Positions 8,661-16,981 are shown, counted from the stretch's first letter. The stretch is DNA of 64,000 nucleotides from an uncultured Alphaproteobacteria bacterium (GCA_902512415.1 CABXJB010000001.1:4384-68383); one strand, 5' to 3'. Made by a program: numbers and translations. The notes: generated by a model not told the origin, from the letters alone.

Positions 8661-10190
8661 ATGACGAAATCAGTTTTATTTATTTGTGCAGATCAGTGGA
8701 GATGGGACTGTTTTGGTTTCATGAAAAATAAAAATGTTTTAACTCCAAACATTGATAAGTTAGTAAAAAAAAGTACTGCTTTTACATCGCACTATGCAGG
8801 GATTACACCTTGTGGTCCAGCAAGAACAACTATGTTAACTGGATTGTATCCTTTTATTCATCGCTCAGTTACTAACGGCGCTCCTTTAGATAAACGTTTT
8901 ACTAATATTGCAAAAGAAGTTCGAAAGATCGGTTATGAGCCAGACTTATATGGTTATACTGACACATCATGGGATCCGAGATATTTAGATCCACAAGATG
9001 AAAAAAATTTTACATATGAATCTCCAATGGAAGGTTTTAATATAAAATGTCTGTTACCTGGATCTAACCCAGAGGCGTGGGCAGAATATTTAAATAATAA
9101 TGGATTTAAAATTAATCACGCAAGTGAGTTATATAATAGTCGTCAAGCAAGAAAGGGACAAGCTTTTATTCATGAGCCCTATGATATTCCAACAGAACAT
9201 TCCGATACAGCTTTTTTAGCAGATAAAATAATTAAAGATTTAGCTTCAGAAAAAAATTCTTTTTTTAAACATGTATCTTTTTTAAAACCTCACCCCCCTT
9301 TTCATGTTGCGGAACCTTGGTTTAGTCAAATACATCCAGAAGACATTGATTTACCCATGACTGATACTACAATGGAGGAACTTTCCCTTAGACATCCATT
9401 ATTAAAAGAATTTTCAAAAAAATTTCTCAATGAAGAATATTTTACAGAAATAAGATTCTCAGAACTAACAGAGAAAGATATCAAAAATATTAAAAGTGTT
9501 TATTTTGGAATGTGTGCTGAAGTAGATCACAATATTGGAAAAATTTTAAAAGCTTTAGAATCTTCTGAGCAATTAAATAACACTATGATTATTTTTACAA
9601 GTGATCATGGAGAAATGTTAGGTGAAAATAATTTATGGGGAAAGCTAGGTTGGTGGGATTCATCTTACCGTATTCCGCTTATTATTCATATTCCTGGTCA
9701 ACAGCCTAGTTTAATTAATGAGATGACAGAATCTGTTGATCTTGCTCCAACAATTCTTGATTGGTTGGGAGGTGATATACCGCTTGATTGGAATGGACGA
9801 TCACTTCTACCGTATTTAAATAATCAAAAAAGTGAATTACCACCAAAAGATTATGTAGTTTTTGATTATGATTTTAGAGAATGGACTTCCTTTGTTGCGG
9901 ATAAAAAACTGGCCCCTGAGGAATGTAATTTATCAGTCATAAGAACAGAAAAATGGAAATATGTTCATTTTCCTTCTCTCCCTTCTTTATTATTTAGTAT
10001 GGAAAAAGATCCTTTCGAAACCAACAACCTTGCTGACTTGCCTGAATATCAATCTATAAAAAATGAACTTTTATCTAAATTATTAAGTCACCGAATGCTT
10101 CATCAAGAAAGACAGTTATCAAATACTATGTTATCATCAAAAGGTGCTAGAACTAAATCTGGCCCTTACAATAGAAGATTAAAAAGATAA
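8661..10190 (+). CDS. sulfatase-family (alkaline phosphatase superfamily) hydrolase, Cys-type, no signal peptide
   Basis: C-x-P-x-R formylglycine motif (TPCGPARTTMLTG), N-terminal metal motif CADQWRWD, and FTSDHGEMLG. The N-terminus MTKSVLFICADQW has no leader. From memory it resembles the cytoplasmic phosphonate-monoester-hydrolase/choline-sulfatase-like subgroup. Confidence 0.8.
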   Translation: MTKSVLFICADQWRWDCFGFMKNKNVLTPNIDKLVKKSTAFTSHYAGITPCGPARTTMLTGLYPFIHRSVTNGAPLDKRFTNIAKEVRKIGYEPDLYGYTDTSWDPRYLDPQDEKNFTYESPMEGFNIKCLLPGSNPEAWAEYLNNNGFKINHASELYNSRQARKGQAFIHEPYDIPTEHSDTAFLADKIIKDLASEKNSFFKHVSFLKPHPPFHVAEPWFSQIHPEDIDLPMTDTTMEELSLRHPLLKEFSKKFLNEEYFTEIRFSELTEKDIKNIKSVYFGMCAEVDHNIGKILKALESSEQLNNTMIIFTSDHGEMLGENNLWGKLGWWDSSYRIPLIIHIPGQQPSLINEMTESVDLAPTILDWLGGDIPLDWNGRSLLPYLNNQKSELPPKDYVVFDYDFREWTSFVADKKLAPEECNLSVIRTEKWKYVHFPSLPSLLFSMEKDPFETNNLADLPEYQSIKNELLSKLLSHRMLHQERQLSNTMLSSKGARTKSGPYNRRLKR

Positions 10191-10196
10191 AAATAC

Positions 10197-11249
10197 ATGT
10201 TAACTACTGTTATTGGCGCTTATCCTAAACCTAATTATCTAAAAATAACTGATTGGTTTAATGCAGAAGGTGGAACAGATACTGCTAACCCCACGGAGTT
10301 ATATCAAGATGAAATAAAAAAGATGGGGGTTGATGCTGAAGCAATTTTTAAAAAAGCAGCAGCAGAGGTTATTAAAGATCAATTAGATTGCGGAATTGAT
10401 ATTATTACTGATGGTGAAATCAAAAGAGAAAATTATATTCATTATCATTGTAGACATTTAAATGGGATTGATTTTAATACTCTCACAGAAAAAGTAGCTA
10501 GAACAGGAAATTATAAATGTTGGCTACCAACAATAACAAATAAAATTTCAGCAACAGATCCTTTTTTAATTGATGAGTGGATAAGCAATCAGAGCTTATC
10601 AGATAAACCAGTTAAAGTTACTATTCCAGGGCCAATGACAATCGCCGATACCATTGCTAATATATATTACAAATCAGATGAAGAAATGGGTAATGATTTA
10701 GCAATTGCTATTAATGCTGAAATTAAAAGATTAGTAGATGCTGGATGTAAATATATTCAAGTTGATGAACCATTATTTGCAAGAAAACCTGAAAATGCTC
10801 TAGCGTTTGGAATAGAGAATTTAGAAAAATGTTTTGAAGGAATCAATCAGAATAATGTAGAAAAAATCACACATATCTGTTGTGGGTACCCGGATAAACT
10901 TGATGCGGTTGATTATCCTAAAGCACCCTTAGATTCTTATAAAGAAATTGCTAAGTCTCTTGATAATTCAATAATTGATAGCGTATCTATTGAAGATGCA
11001 CATCGCTATAATGATTTAACTTTACTGAAAGATTACAAACAGACAAAAGTAATTTTTGGAGTTATTAAAATTGCGAGTTCTAAAATTGAAACTGTTGCAG
11101 AGATTGAAAGCAGAATTCAAGAAGCACTAAATTTTATCTCCAAAGAGCAATTAATTGCTGCCCCTGATTGCGGTCTTGGACATTTAAGTAGAGAACTTGC
11201 AATGGAGAAATTAAAAATAATGTCTTTAGCTGCAAAAAAATTTTATTAA
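10197..11249 (+). CDS. cobalamin-independent methionine synthase (MetE C-terminal domain)-like Zn thiol-alkyltransferase family protein
   Basis: 350 aa with Zn-ligand motifs H-x-C (THICCGY) and a distal Cys (APDCGLGH); 6-nt gap to the sulfatase-family gene. Confidence 0.75.
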   Translation: MLTTVIGAYPKPNYLKITDWFNAEGGTDTANPTELYQDEIKKMGVDAEAIFKKAAAEVIKDQLDCGIDIITDGEIKRENYIHYHCRHLNGIDFNTLTEKVARTGNYKCWLPTITNKISATDPFLIDEWISNQSLSDKPVKVTIPGPMTIADTIANIYYKSDEEMGNDLAIAINAEIKRLVDAGCKYIQVDEPLFARKPENALAFGIENLEKCFEGINQNNVEKITHICCGYPDKLDAVDYPKAPLDSYKEIAKSLDNSIIDSVSIEDAHRYNDLTLLKDYKQTKVIFGVIKIASSKIETVAEIESRIQEALNFISKEQLIAAPDCGLGHLSRELAMEKLKIMSLAAKKFY

Positions 11250-11262
11250 TTTCTAAAAATAT

Positions 11263-11276
11263 TTGATCTAGATCAA
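11263..11276. promoter_or_regulatory. FNR-type box TTGATctagATCAA (orphan, between convergent genes)
   Basis: Perfect palindrome read directly. TACAAT at 11298-11303 sits where a class II -10 would be. Confidence 0.5.
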
Positions 11277-11345
11277 TTAGTTTTAAGTTTAATAGATTAC
11301 AATTAATACCTTAAACATTTAGTTTCTTCCTATTAAGTTAAAGAT

Positions 11346-11385
11346 TTAACCCCCATCCTTTCTTATGGGGGTTAATTTTATTTAT
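11346..11385. terminator. rho-independent terminator hairpin, possibly bidirectional
   Basis: Stem ttaaccccca (11346-11355) / tgggggttaa (11366-11375), followed on the plus strand by ttttatttat. It also lies immediately 3' of the nirK stop on the minus strand. Confidence 0.65.
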
Positions 11386-12598
11386 CTACTAAGCTCAAAA
11401 GATGTTGCTCATAAGCATTCCAATCAATATCACTTGGCTCTTTTATCTGTTTCATTAAATCATCGTTCCATTTACCATTTACTTGTACTTCTGCTTTTGC
11501 TCCTAAAATAAATGCTTCAATTAAATTATGATTTAAGTACACATAAGTACCTGGTTGATGAAAAGTATATATTGCAGCAGCAGCAGCTCCACCCGGAACA
11601 AACCAAGTTTCCAAATTTGTTCTAGGCGGATCATTGAATGATCCGTTGGGCCATACAAAATCTCCATGTCCGCCAATAAGATGAGGTCGTGTATCTCTAT
11701 TTGATTGAGCATGGATAAATAAAACAGTTTCACCGACCTCGGCAGTCATAGCATTTTCTCCAGTTAAAGAATCAACTGCACCATTAAACACAACATGACT
11801 TGGCGTAAGTGTTCTCATTACCTCTAATGTTTCACTATAACCATCACCTGGTTCCTTAAAAATTTTATAATTTCCATATTCATCTTTTGGAATATAAAAA
11901 TCTTGCTCTCCAATATAATATGCTTTGTCATATCTTATTGGATTGCCATCACGGTCTTTTAATCCATCACGTGGTAATACCATCACAGCACCATTCATAC
12001 CTTTAACGACGTGCCATGGCACCATAGCTCCTCCTGGAGCACAATGATAAACAAAAACTCCTGGCTTAGTAGCTTTCCAACGCAAAATTACTTCCTCACC
12101 TGGTAATACATGTGTTAAACCACCACCTCCAAGAGCTCCTGTAGAAGCATGAAAATCTATATTATGTTGAAAATTATTCTTCTCAGGATTAATCAAAGTT
12201 AATTCTATATAATCCCCTTCATGAACAACAATTATAGGACCTGGAACAGAATCATTAAATGCAAATACTCGAAACTGAGTTCCTTCATCATCAATTTCAA
12301 TAATCTTTTCTTCAATTATCATAGTTACTTTAACTACTTTAGAACTTTGTCCAGCTACCTGATCATGAATAGGAACAAAAGGAGGGGGTAATAACTTTTG
12401 AACAACAACTGGAAGGTTATCAGCCGTATCAGCATTGGCTTTAAAAGAAACTAAAAAAACAATACTGAGAAAAATAACTAATATAAAAAATGCTACTTTG
12501 TTACTAATATTTAGAAAGTCTAAAGAAAACTCTTGCTCTTCAAATTTATCCCATTCATCTTTTTTATTTTCTAAATCAAGTTTATAGTTAATATTCAT
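11378..12598 (-). CDS. nirK: copper-containing nitrite reductase
   Basis: Cu ligand motifs [22 protein letters not shown] and [11 protein letters not shown] prefer ATG 12598, preceded by AGGAGA (12610-12605), over the GTG at 12622 in the ORF track. Confidence 0.9.
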   Translation of the reverse strand: MNINYKLDLENKKDEWDKFEEQEFSLDFLNISNKVAFFILVIFLSIVFLVSFKANADTADNLPVVVQKLLPPPFVPIHDQVAGQSSKVVKVTMIIEEKIIEIDDEGTQFRVFAFNDSVPGPIIVVHEGDYIELTLINPEKNNFQHNIDFHASTGALGGGGLTHVLPGEEVILRWKATKPGVFVYHCAPGGAMVPWHVVKGMNGAVMVLPRDGLKDRDGNPIRYDKAYYIGEQDFYIPKDEYGNYKIFKEPGDGYSETLEVMRTLTPSHVVFNGAVDSLTGENAMTAEVGETVLFIHAQSNRDTRPHLIGGHGDFVWPNGSFNDPPRTNLETWFVPGGAAAAAIYTFHQPGTYVYLNHNLIEAFILGAKAEVQVNGKWNDDLMKQIKEPSDIDWNAYEQHLLSLVDK

Positions 12599-12646
12599 AT
12601 CTATTCTCCTTTTTGTAAACACTTACAAGCAAGTAGAGAGATTTTT

Positions 12647-12736
12647 TTGATTAATATCAAAATGCAATCATTTTTGATTAAGATCAAAATTATTTTTGAT
12701 TTGAATCAAACTGAGCATTATTTTGATTAAAATCAA
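12647..12736. promoter_or_regulatory. array of four FNR-type boxes in the divergent nirK / pdxH-like control region
   Basis: TTGATtaatATCAA 12647-12660, TTGATtaagATCAA 12674-12687, TTGATttgaATCAA 12696-12709, TTGATtaaaATCAA 12723-12736. Confidence 0.8.
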
Positions 12737-12768
12737 ATTCTTTCTCCTGAGCAATGATATAAAAAATT

Positions 12769-13386
12769 GTGAACTTTGATCTTGATAAACAAATTTTAAT
12801 TGAAGAAAATAAACAAGGTCCTTTTGAATTATTCTCAAGTTGGTACAAATCGGCAGTAAATAATGAAATTAATAATCCTAATGCAATGAATGTCGCTACT
12901 GTATCAACAAATATGCAGCCTACATCTAGAATGATATTATTAAAAGAATATGATGAATCAGGATTTATATTTAATACAAATATTGAAAGTAATAAATCTA
13001 GAGAAATCGAATCGAATAATCTAGTAGCACTTAATTTTCATTGGAAAAGTCTTCATCGACAAGTGCGAATTCAAGGAAAGGCAGTATTATTAAGTGACAA
13101 AAAAGCAAATCAGTGTTTTAATGATAGACCGAGAGAATCTAAAATAGCTGCATGGGCATCTAAACAATCTGAATTATTACCTAATAGAAAATTGCTTAAT
13201 AAAAGAGTTCATTATTATGAAAATTTTTTTAGTAATATTTCAGTAGAACGACCAAGTTTTTGGTCGGGATATAAAGTCATACCACAATACTTTGAATTCT
13301 GGTGGGATGTAAAATTTAGGCTTCATTATAGAGTTGTTTTTAATAAAAATAAAAAAAAATGGGATAAACATATGCTTTATCCTTGA
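12769..13386 (+). CDS. pdxH: pyridoxamine 5'-phosphate oxidase (PNPOx) family protein
   Basis: 205 aa; PNAMNVATV near the N-terminus and the C-terminal FEFWWDVKFRLHYRVVF...LYP pattern typical of PdxH; GTG start. Confidence 0.75.
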   Translation: MNFDLDKQILIEENKQGPFELFSSWYKSAVNNEINNPNAMNVATVSTNMQPTSRMILLKEYDESGFIFNTNIESNKSREIESNNLVALNFHWKSLHRQVRIQGKAVLLSDKKANQCFNDRPRESKIAAWASKQSELLPNRKLLNKRVHYYENFFSNISVERPSFWSGYKVIPQYFEFWWDVKFRLHYRVVFNKNKKKWDKHMLYP

Positions 13387-13399
13387 TAAAGAATTTGAG

Positions 13400-14029
13400 A
13401 TGTTTGAGTTAGTAAATAATAATTTAGATAAAGTACAATTTGAAACCAAACCATTTAACCATTGGGTTTATGATAAAGTTTTGCCAGAAAATATTGCTAA
13501 TGATCTTTCTGATTTGCCTATTTTACCTTCTTCAATAGATAAAAATAGTGGAAAACGTGATACATATAATACTTCTAGATTATTTTTTAATAAAAGAAAT
13601 TGTAATAAATATTCTTTATTTCGTGATATCGTTATTATTTTTAATAATCTAAAAACAATTATAAAACTTAGTCAAATATGTGGAAGAGATTTATCAAAAG
13701 GTAAGCTAAGAATTGAATATACTTTAGATACCGGGGATTTCTGGTTGGAGCCACATCTTGATATAAAGGAAAAATTATTAACTTTTCTAATTTATTTATC
13801 GAAAGAAAAAGGATCAAATGAATGGGGAACTACCATTTATAATCCAGATTTAAGTGTTTATAAAAAAGTACCCTACAAATTAAATTTAGGCTTTATGTTT
13901 ATGGCTGGAAAAAATACTTGGCATGGTGTGCCAAAACAAAAGATAAAAGGAATTAGAAAATCATTAATAATTAATTATGTTAATAATAATTGGAAAAATA
14001 TGGATGAGCTTTCTACATCTTTCTATTAA
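13400..14029 (+). CDS. 2OG-Fe(II) oxygenase-like protein (putative)
   Basis: H-x-D (EPHLDIKE) and a distal His (NTWHGVP) in a double-stranded beta-helix-like context. ATG 13400 chosen because the track start 13334 overlaps the pdxH-like gene. Confidence 0.45.
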   Translation: MFELVNNNLDKVQFETKPFNHWVYDKVLPENIANDLSDLPILPSSIDKNSGKRDTYNTSRLFFNKRNCNKYSLFRDIVIIFNNLKTIIKLSQICGRDLSKGKLRIEYTLDTGDFWLEPHLDIKEKLLTFLIYLSKEKGSNEWGTTIYNPDLSVYKKVPYKLNLGFMFMAGKNTWHGVPKQKIKGIRKSLIINYVNNNWKNMDELSTSFY

Positions 14030-14032
14030 TTT

Positions 14033-14821
14033 TTAATAATAATTACTTAGTGAATTTTTCATTTCCTTACTTAGTGCAAGCCATTCTTGAGCATAGATTT
14101 CATCTTGTTTATTTAGAGGTTCCCAAATTTTACCTCTGAACCACGGACCACCTCTTGTAAAATGAACATTTTTTGCATTTAAAGATTCAGGAGAATGACC
14201 ATCTAACCAATTCCATTCTTCATGTAATTTTCCTATTTCATTATCTTTTAACCACATAAAGTTATGCAACCATAATCCAGACTTTGTATTTATATCATCA
14301 ACTGTATAATTATTATGTCCTTTGTGACTGCAGTTAAACATTATAACAGATGACCAATTTTTTCGTGAATATTGATATTGTTCATTGCCGTACATTTTAT
14401 GTTTTTCTGTTGGAGCATAATTATGTTTTACACAATAAATCGCATACTTTGGATCGTTATATTCCTTAAATAAATCCAATGGATCTGATCTAAAAAACAT
14501 ATCGCAGTCCATAAAGAGGGCCCATCCTTCTAATCTGTGAAGAAAAGGTGTTAAAAAACGTGAAAAAGAAAAATCAGTAGCAAAAGGTTTTTCATCAAAA
14601 ATATCACGGTGTTGCAGATCATTATTATTTATTGGTTTTGGTAATGATGAACTTCCAAGTTGCCAAGCACGTCGATATAAACCAATTCTTCTTAATTGAC
14701 TCTGCTTAATAGGGTATACATTAAGTGGTCCTGAAGCGTATTTATATGCTGAATATTTTAATACTTTATACGCAAGATCTTCTCTTGGATCATATCCAAT
14801 ATAGATGGTAGGTATATCCAT
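14033..14821 (-). CDS. nucleotide-diphospho-sugar transferase-like protein (DxD motif), function unknown
   Basis: MDCDMFF DxD-type motif. ATG 14821 (MDIPTIYIGYDP) abuts the stop of the upstream gene at 14823; the longer track start lies inside that gene. Confidence 0.4.
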   Translation of the reverse strand: MDIPTIYIGYDPREDLAYKVLKYSAYKYASGPLNVYPIKQSQLRRIGLYRRAWQLGSSSLPKPINNNDLQHRDIFDEKPFATDFSFSRFLTPFLHRLEGWALFMDCDMFFRSDPLDLFKEYNDPKYAIYCVKHNYAPTEKHKMYGNEQYQYSRKNWSSVIMFNCSHKGHNNYTVDDINTKSGLWLHNFMWLKDNEIGKLHEEWNWLDGHSPESLNAKNVHFTRGGPWFRGKIWEPLNKQDEIYAQEWLALSKEMKNSLSNYY

Positions 14822-14822
14822 A

Positions 14823-15446
14823 CTATTTGAAATCATTATATTTTGAAAATTTATCAATATTAAAGCTAATAATAACTCTATCTTCTTTTGAAAGGTTAGG
14901 TTCAACCCAATGCTTTACATAACTAGGAAACATAGCTAATAATCCTGTTTTTGGCTCAATAGCAACTTGTTGTTCATTTAGTGAATTTACCTTATCGCAA
15001 ATAGGATGATAATATAATGAAGTCTCTCTTGGGTCTTCAGCTATGAATCTACCTCCATTTTTTGGAAATTTTACATAATAAGCTGCACTAATTAAATTAT
15101 TACTATGTATATGTGATTGATTGCAAGCTAGTGGAGGGTTAATAATAGCCCAAGTATTAGTAATTTTATAATGGTGGCGCGTTTTATTCCAACTCATATC
15201 TTTTGATACCTGTGCCAAATTAGAGGAGATTTTATTAAAAAAATTCTGATGTGGTTGAGATTTTGTAATATCAATATTTTTGCTATGCCAACCCAGCATA
15301 TTGGACCTTTTAATTCCTTTTGGATCTTTTTTTCTTAAATCATATATATATTTTAATAAATCTTTATTTATTTTTGACACATTGTCTAACGGCGACACCC
15401 ATATAGGGGTTGCAAATTTTTTAAGTAAATCAATTTTATTTTTCAA
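14823..15446 (-). CDS. 2OG-Fe(II) oxygenase superfamily protein (TIGR02466-like), function unknown
   Basis: HIHSNN...AAYYV and the C-terminal MFPSYVKHWVEPN...RVIISFN pattern that I associate with this family. Confidence 0.5.
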   Translation of the reverse strand: MKNKIDLLKKFATPIWVSPLDNVSKINKDLLKYIYDLRKKDPKGIKRSNMLGWHSKNIDITKSQPHQNFFNKISSNLAQVSKDMSWNKTRHHYKITNTWAIINPPLACNQSHIHSNNLISAAYYVKFPKNGGRFIAEDPRETSLYYHPICDKVNSLNEQQVAIEPKTGLLAMFPSYVKHWVEPNLSKEDRVIISFNIDKFSKYNDFK

Positions 15447-15466
15447 ATTTTTATAAGAAATTATGA

Positions 15467-15667
15467 TTATGGTTTCGAAAATTTATCAAAGTAAAAATCT
15501 CTTTCAACATCTGATGTTTTATTATTTATAAGATGTTGATCCCTTATTTGTAATTTTTCTAGTTTAGAAATAAAGGGAGGAGAAGAACGCCATCCATAAG
15601 AGATTAATTTATCATCTTGAGTTTTATATAATGTTAAAAATCTAAATTTATTAATTCTTTTTTTCAT
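15467..15667 (-). CDS. small hypothetical protein (66 aa)
   Basis: ATG 15667 is preceded by AGGAGA (15679-15674). It is first in a three-gene minus-strand unit behind an FNR box. Confidence 0.4.
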   Translation of the reverse strand: MKKRINKFRFLTLYKTQDDKLISYGWRSSPPFISKLEKLQIRDQHLINNKTSDVERDFYFDKFSKP

Positions 15668-15713
15668 ATATTTTCTCCTTTCTATTAATTTACAACAATA
15701 GAAAAAAGAATTT

Positions 15714-15754
15714 TTGATCAACATCAATTTAAGTTTTAATTTGATCTGTATCAA
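15714..15754. promoter_or_regulatory. two FNR-type boxes (divergent promoters)
   Basis: TTGATcaacATCAA 15714-15727 and TTGATctgtATCAA 15741-15754; centres 27 bp apart. Confidence 0.75.
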
Positions 15755-15794
15755 ATTATTTTATTATTATTATAAAGAGAATAAAATAATAAAA

Positions 15795-15884
15795 ATGAAC
15801 ATTAGAGTATCTGGTTTAACGTCTGGTATTTTAGGTGCCTTGTATGTTTTAATCATTACATGGTGGTTAATAATTTATGATTAA
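15795..15884 (+). CDS. candidate 29-aa hydrophobic micro-protein
   Basis: Own translation MNIRVSGLTSGILGALYVLIITWWLIIYD. ATG is 47.5 bp from the centre of box 15741-15754. Below the ORF-track length cut-off. Confidence 0.25.
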   Translation: MNIRVSGLTSGILGALYVLIITWWLIIYD

Positions 15885-16009
15885 TAGAAACTATGTATAA
15901 GTAAATAAAAAAAAATATATAAAACTACAAATATCAAAACTGCAATTGCAAATTCAAAAAAACCCGAGCTTTGATGTTCATCATTATTAATGTTATGATT
16001 ATTATTCAT
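15881..16009 (-). CDS. candidate 42-aa single-TM micro-protein
   Basis: Own translation MNNNHNINNDEHQSSGFFEFAIAVLIFVVLYIFFYLLIHSFY. ATG is 41.5 bp from the centre of box 16044-16057. Confidence 0.25.
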   Translation of the reverse strand: MNNNHNINNDEHQSSGFFEFAIAVLIFVVLYIFFYLLIHSFY

Positions 16010-16043
16010 AAGTATTCAAATACAAACTATAGAAATTTTTGAT

Positions 16044-16112
16044 TTGATTTTGATCAAAGAAGTAGTTATTTTGATTTGAGTCAATTCTTCTTAATAATTT
16101 GATTTAAATCAA
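16044..16112. promoter_or_regulatory. three FNR-type boxes
   Basis: TTGATtttgATCAA 16044-16057, TTGATttgaGTCAA 16071-16084 (1 mismatch), TTGATttaaATCAA 16099-16112; centre spacing 27 and 28 bp. Confidence 0.75.
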
Positions 16113-16145
16113 ATTATACTTCTTTATTTTTTGTATTATGAGTTA

Positions 16146-16700
16146 ATGAATTACTTTCAAGCAATGTTATGTCCTTCAGTAATTTTAAAGACAAGAATAG
16201 GTGATGATAAAATACTTGGTGGAGGTTGTGCAATAGGAGGCACATGGAAAGACATTAACACTGATGTATTATTTAAAGATAAGAGGATAGTGATATTTTC
16301 TTTACCTGGCGCATACACCCCAACCTGCTCATCACAACAGGTACCAGGATATGAAGAAAAGTATGATGAGTTAAGAAAATTTGTACATGAAGTTTATTGC
16401 GTATCAGTAAATGATGCCTTTGTAATGAATGCGTGGTTTCGAGATCAAAAAATATACAAAGTAAAGCCAATTGGAGATGGAGAAGGTAAATTTACAAAAG
16501 GCATGAATATGCTTGTCAATAAACCAAAACAAGGATTTGGTATGCGTTCGTGGAGATATTCAGCTCTAGTAGAAGATGGTAAAGTTATTAAATTATTTAT
16601 TGAGGAAGGAAAAAATGACAACAGTAATGATAATGATCCTTTTAAGGTATCAGATGCTGATACAATGCTTCGTTTTCTTCAAGAAAGAATGAATTATTAA
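16146..16700 (+). CDS. peroxiredoxin, Prx5 (type 5 / AhpC-TSA) subfamily
   Basis: Active-site motif PGAYTPTCSSQQVPGY. Start is uncertain (TTG 16131, ATG 16146 or ATG 16164); 16146 is chosen from promoter geometry (TGTATTAT extended -10 at 16132-16139). Confidence 0.85.
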   Translation: MNYFQAMLCPSVILKTRIGDDKILGGGCAIGGTWKDINTDVLFKDKRIVIFSLPGAYTPTCSSQQVPGYEEKYDELRKFVHEVYCVSVNDAFVMNAWFRDQKIYKVKPIGDGEGKFTKGMNMLVNKPKQGFGMRSWRYSALVEDGKVIKLFIEEGKNDNSNDNDPFKVSDADTMLRFLQERMNY

Positions 16701-16702
16701 TA

Positions 16703-16873
16703 TTAGTGTACGGCAGTTATTTTTTCTCTTCCAGAAAATATGTTTTTCCTGATTTCTGTTATTTTTTCTTGAGAATAACCGTGTCCGATCACTAAGTGTT
16801 TATCAGAAAATGAGACTGATCTAGTTACAATTACTAAGAGGATAATGATTATGATTAAAGGAATATATTTCAT
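16703..16873 (-). CDS. small membrane-anchored/secreted hypothetical protein (56 aa)
   Basis: MKYIPLIIIIILLVIVTRSV... from ATG 16873. The longer track ORF would run through the FNR boxes. Confidence 0.4.
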   Translation of the reverse strand: MKYIPLIIIIILLVIVTRSVSFSDKHLVIGHGYSQEKITEIRKNIFSGREKITAVH

Positions 16874-16906
16874 ATTTTGTGTATACAAAAAATTTATGTT
16901 TGAGAT

Positions 16907-16947
16907 TTGATTTAAATCAAAAAAGGATTTGTTTTGATACAAATCAA
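16907..16947. promoter_or_regulatory. two FNR-type boxes (divergent promoters)
   Basis: TTGATttaaATCAA 16907-16920 and TTGATacaaATCAA 16934-16947; centres 27 bp apart. Confidence 0.75.
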
Positions 16948-16981
16948 TTATCAAGAATAAAAATATATTAAGTTAATCTAT

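Noticed and set aside
12599-12622. Upstream alternative starts given by the ORF track: GTG 12622 for nirK, TTG 16131 for the peroxiredoxin, 15754 for the 95-aa ORF, 16954 for the 83-aa ORF and 33678 for the SBP.
   Set aside because: Each extension runs into FNR boxes or promoter elements, or lacks a ribosome-binding site, while a downstream ATG has an SD or fits the promoter geometry. The shorter models are preferred but unproven.
12647-12736. Regularly spaced 14-bp repeats that could be mistaken for a mini CRISPR array or a tandem repeat.
   Set aside because: The repeats are palindromic TTGAT-N4-ATCAA boxes with 8-13 bp gaps. They sit in a divergent promoter, there are no cas genes, and the same box recurs at other promoters. 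They are transcription-factor sites.
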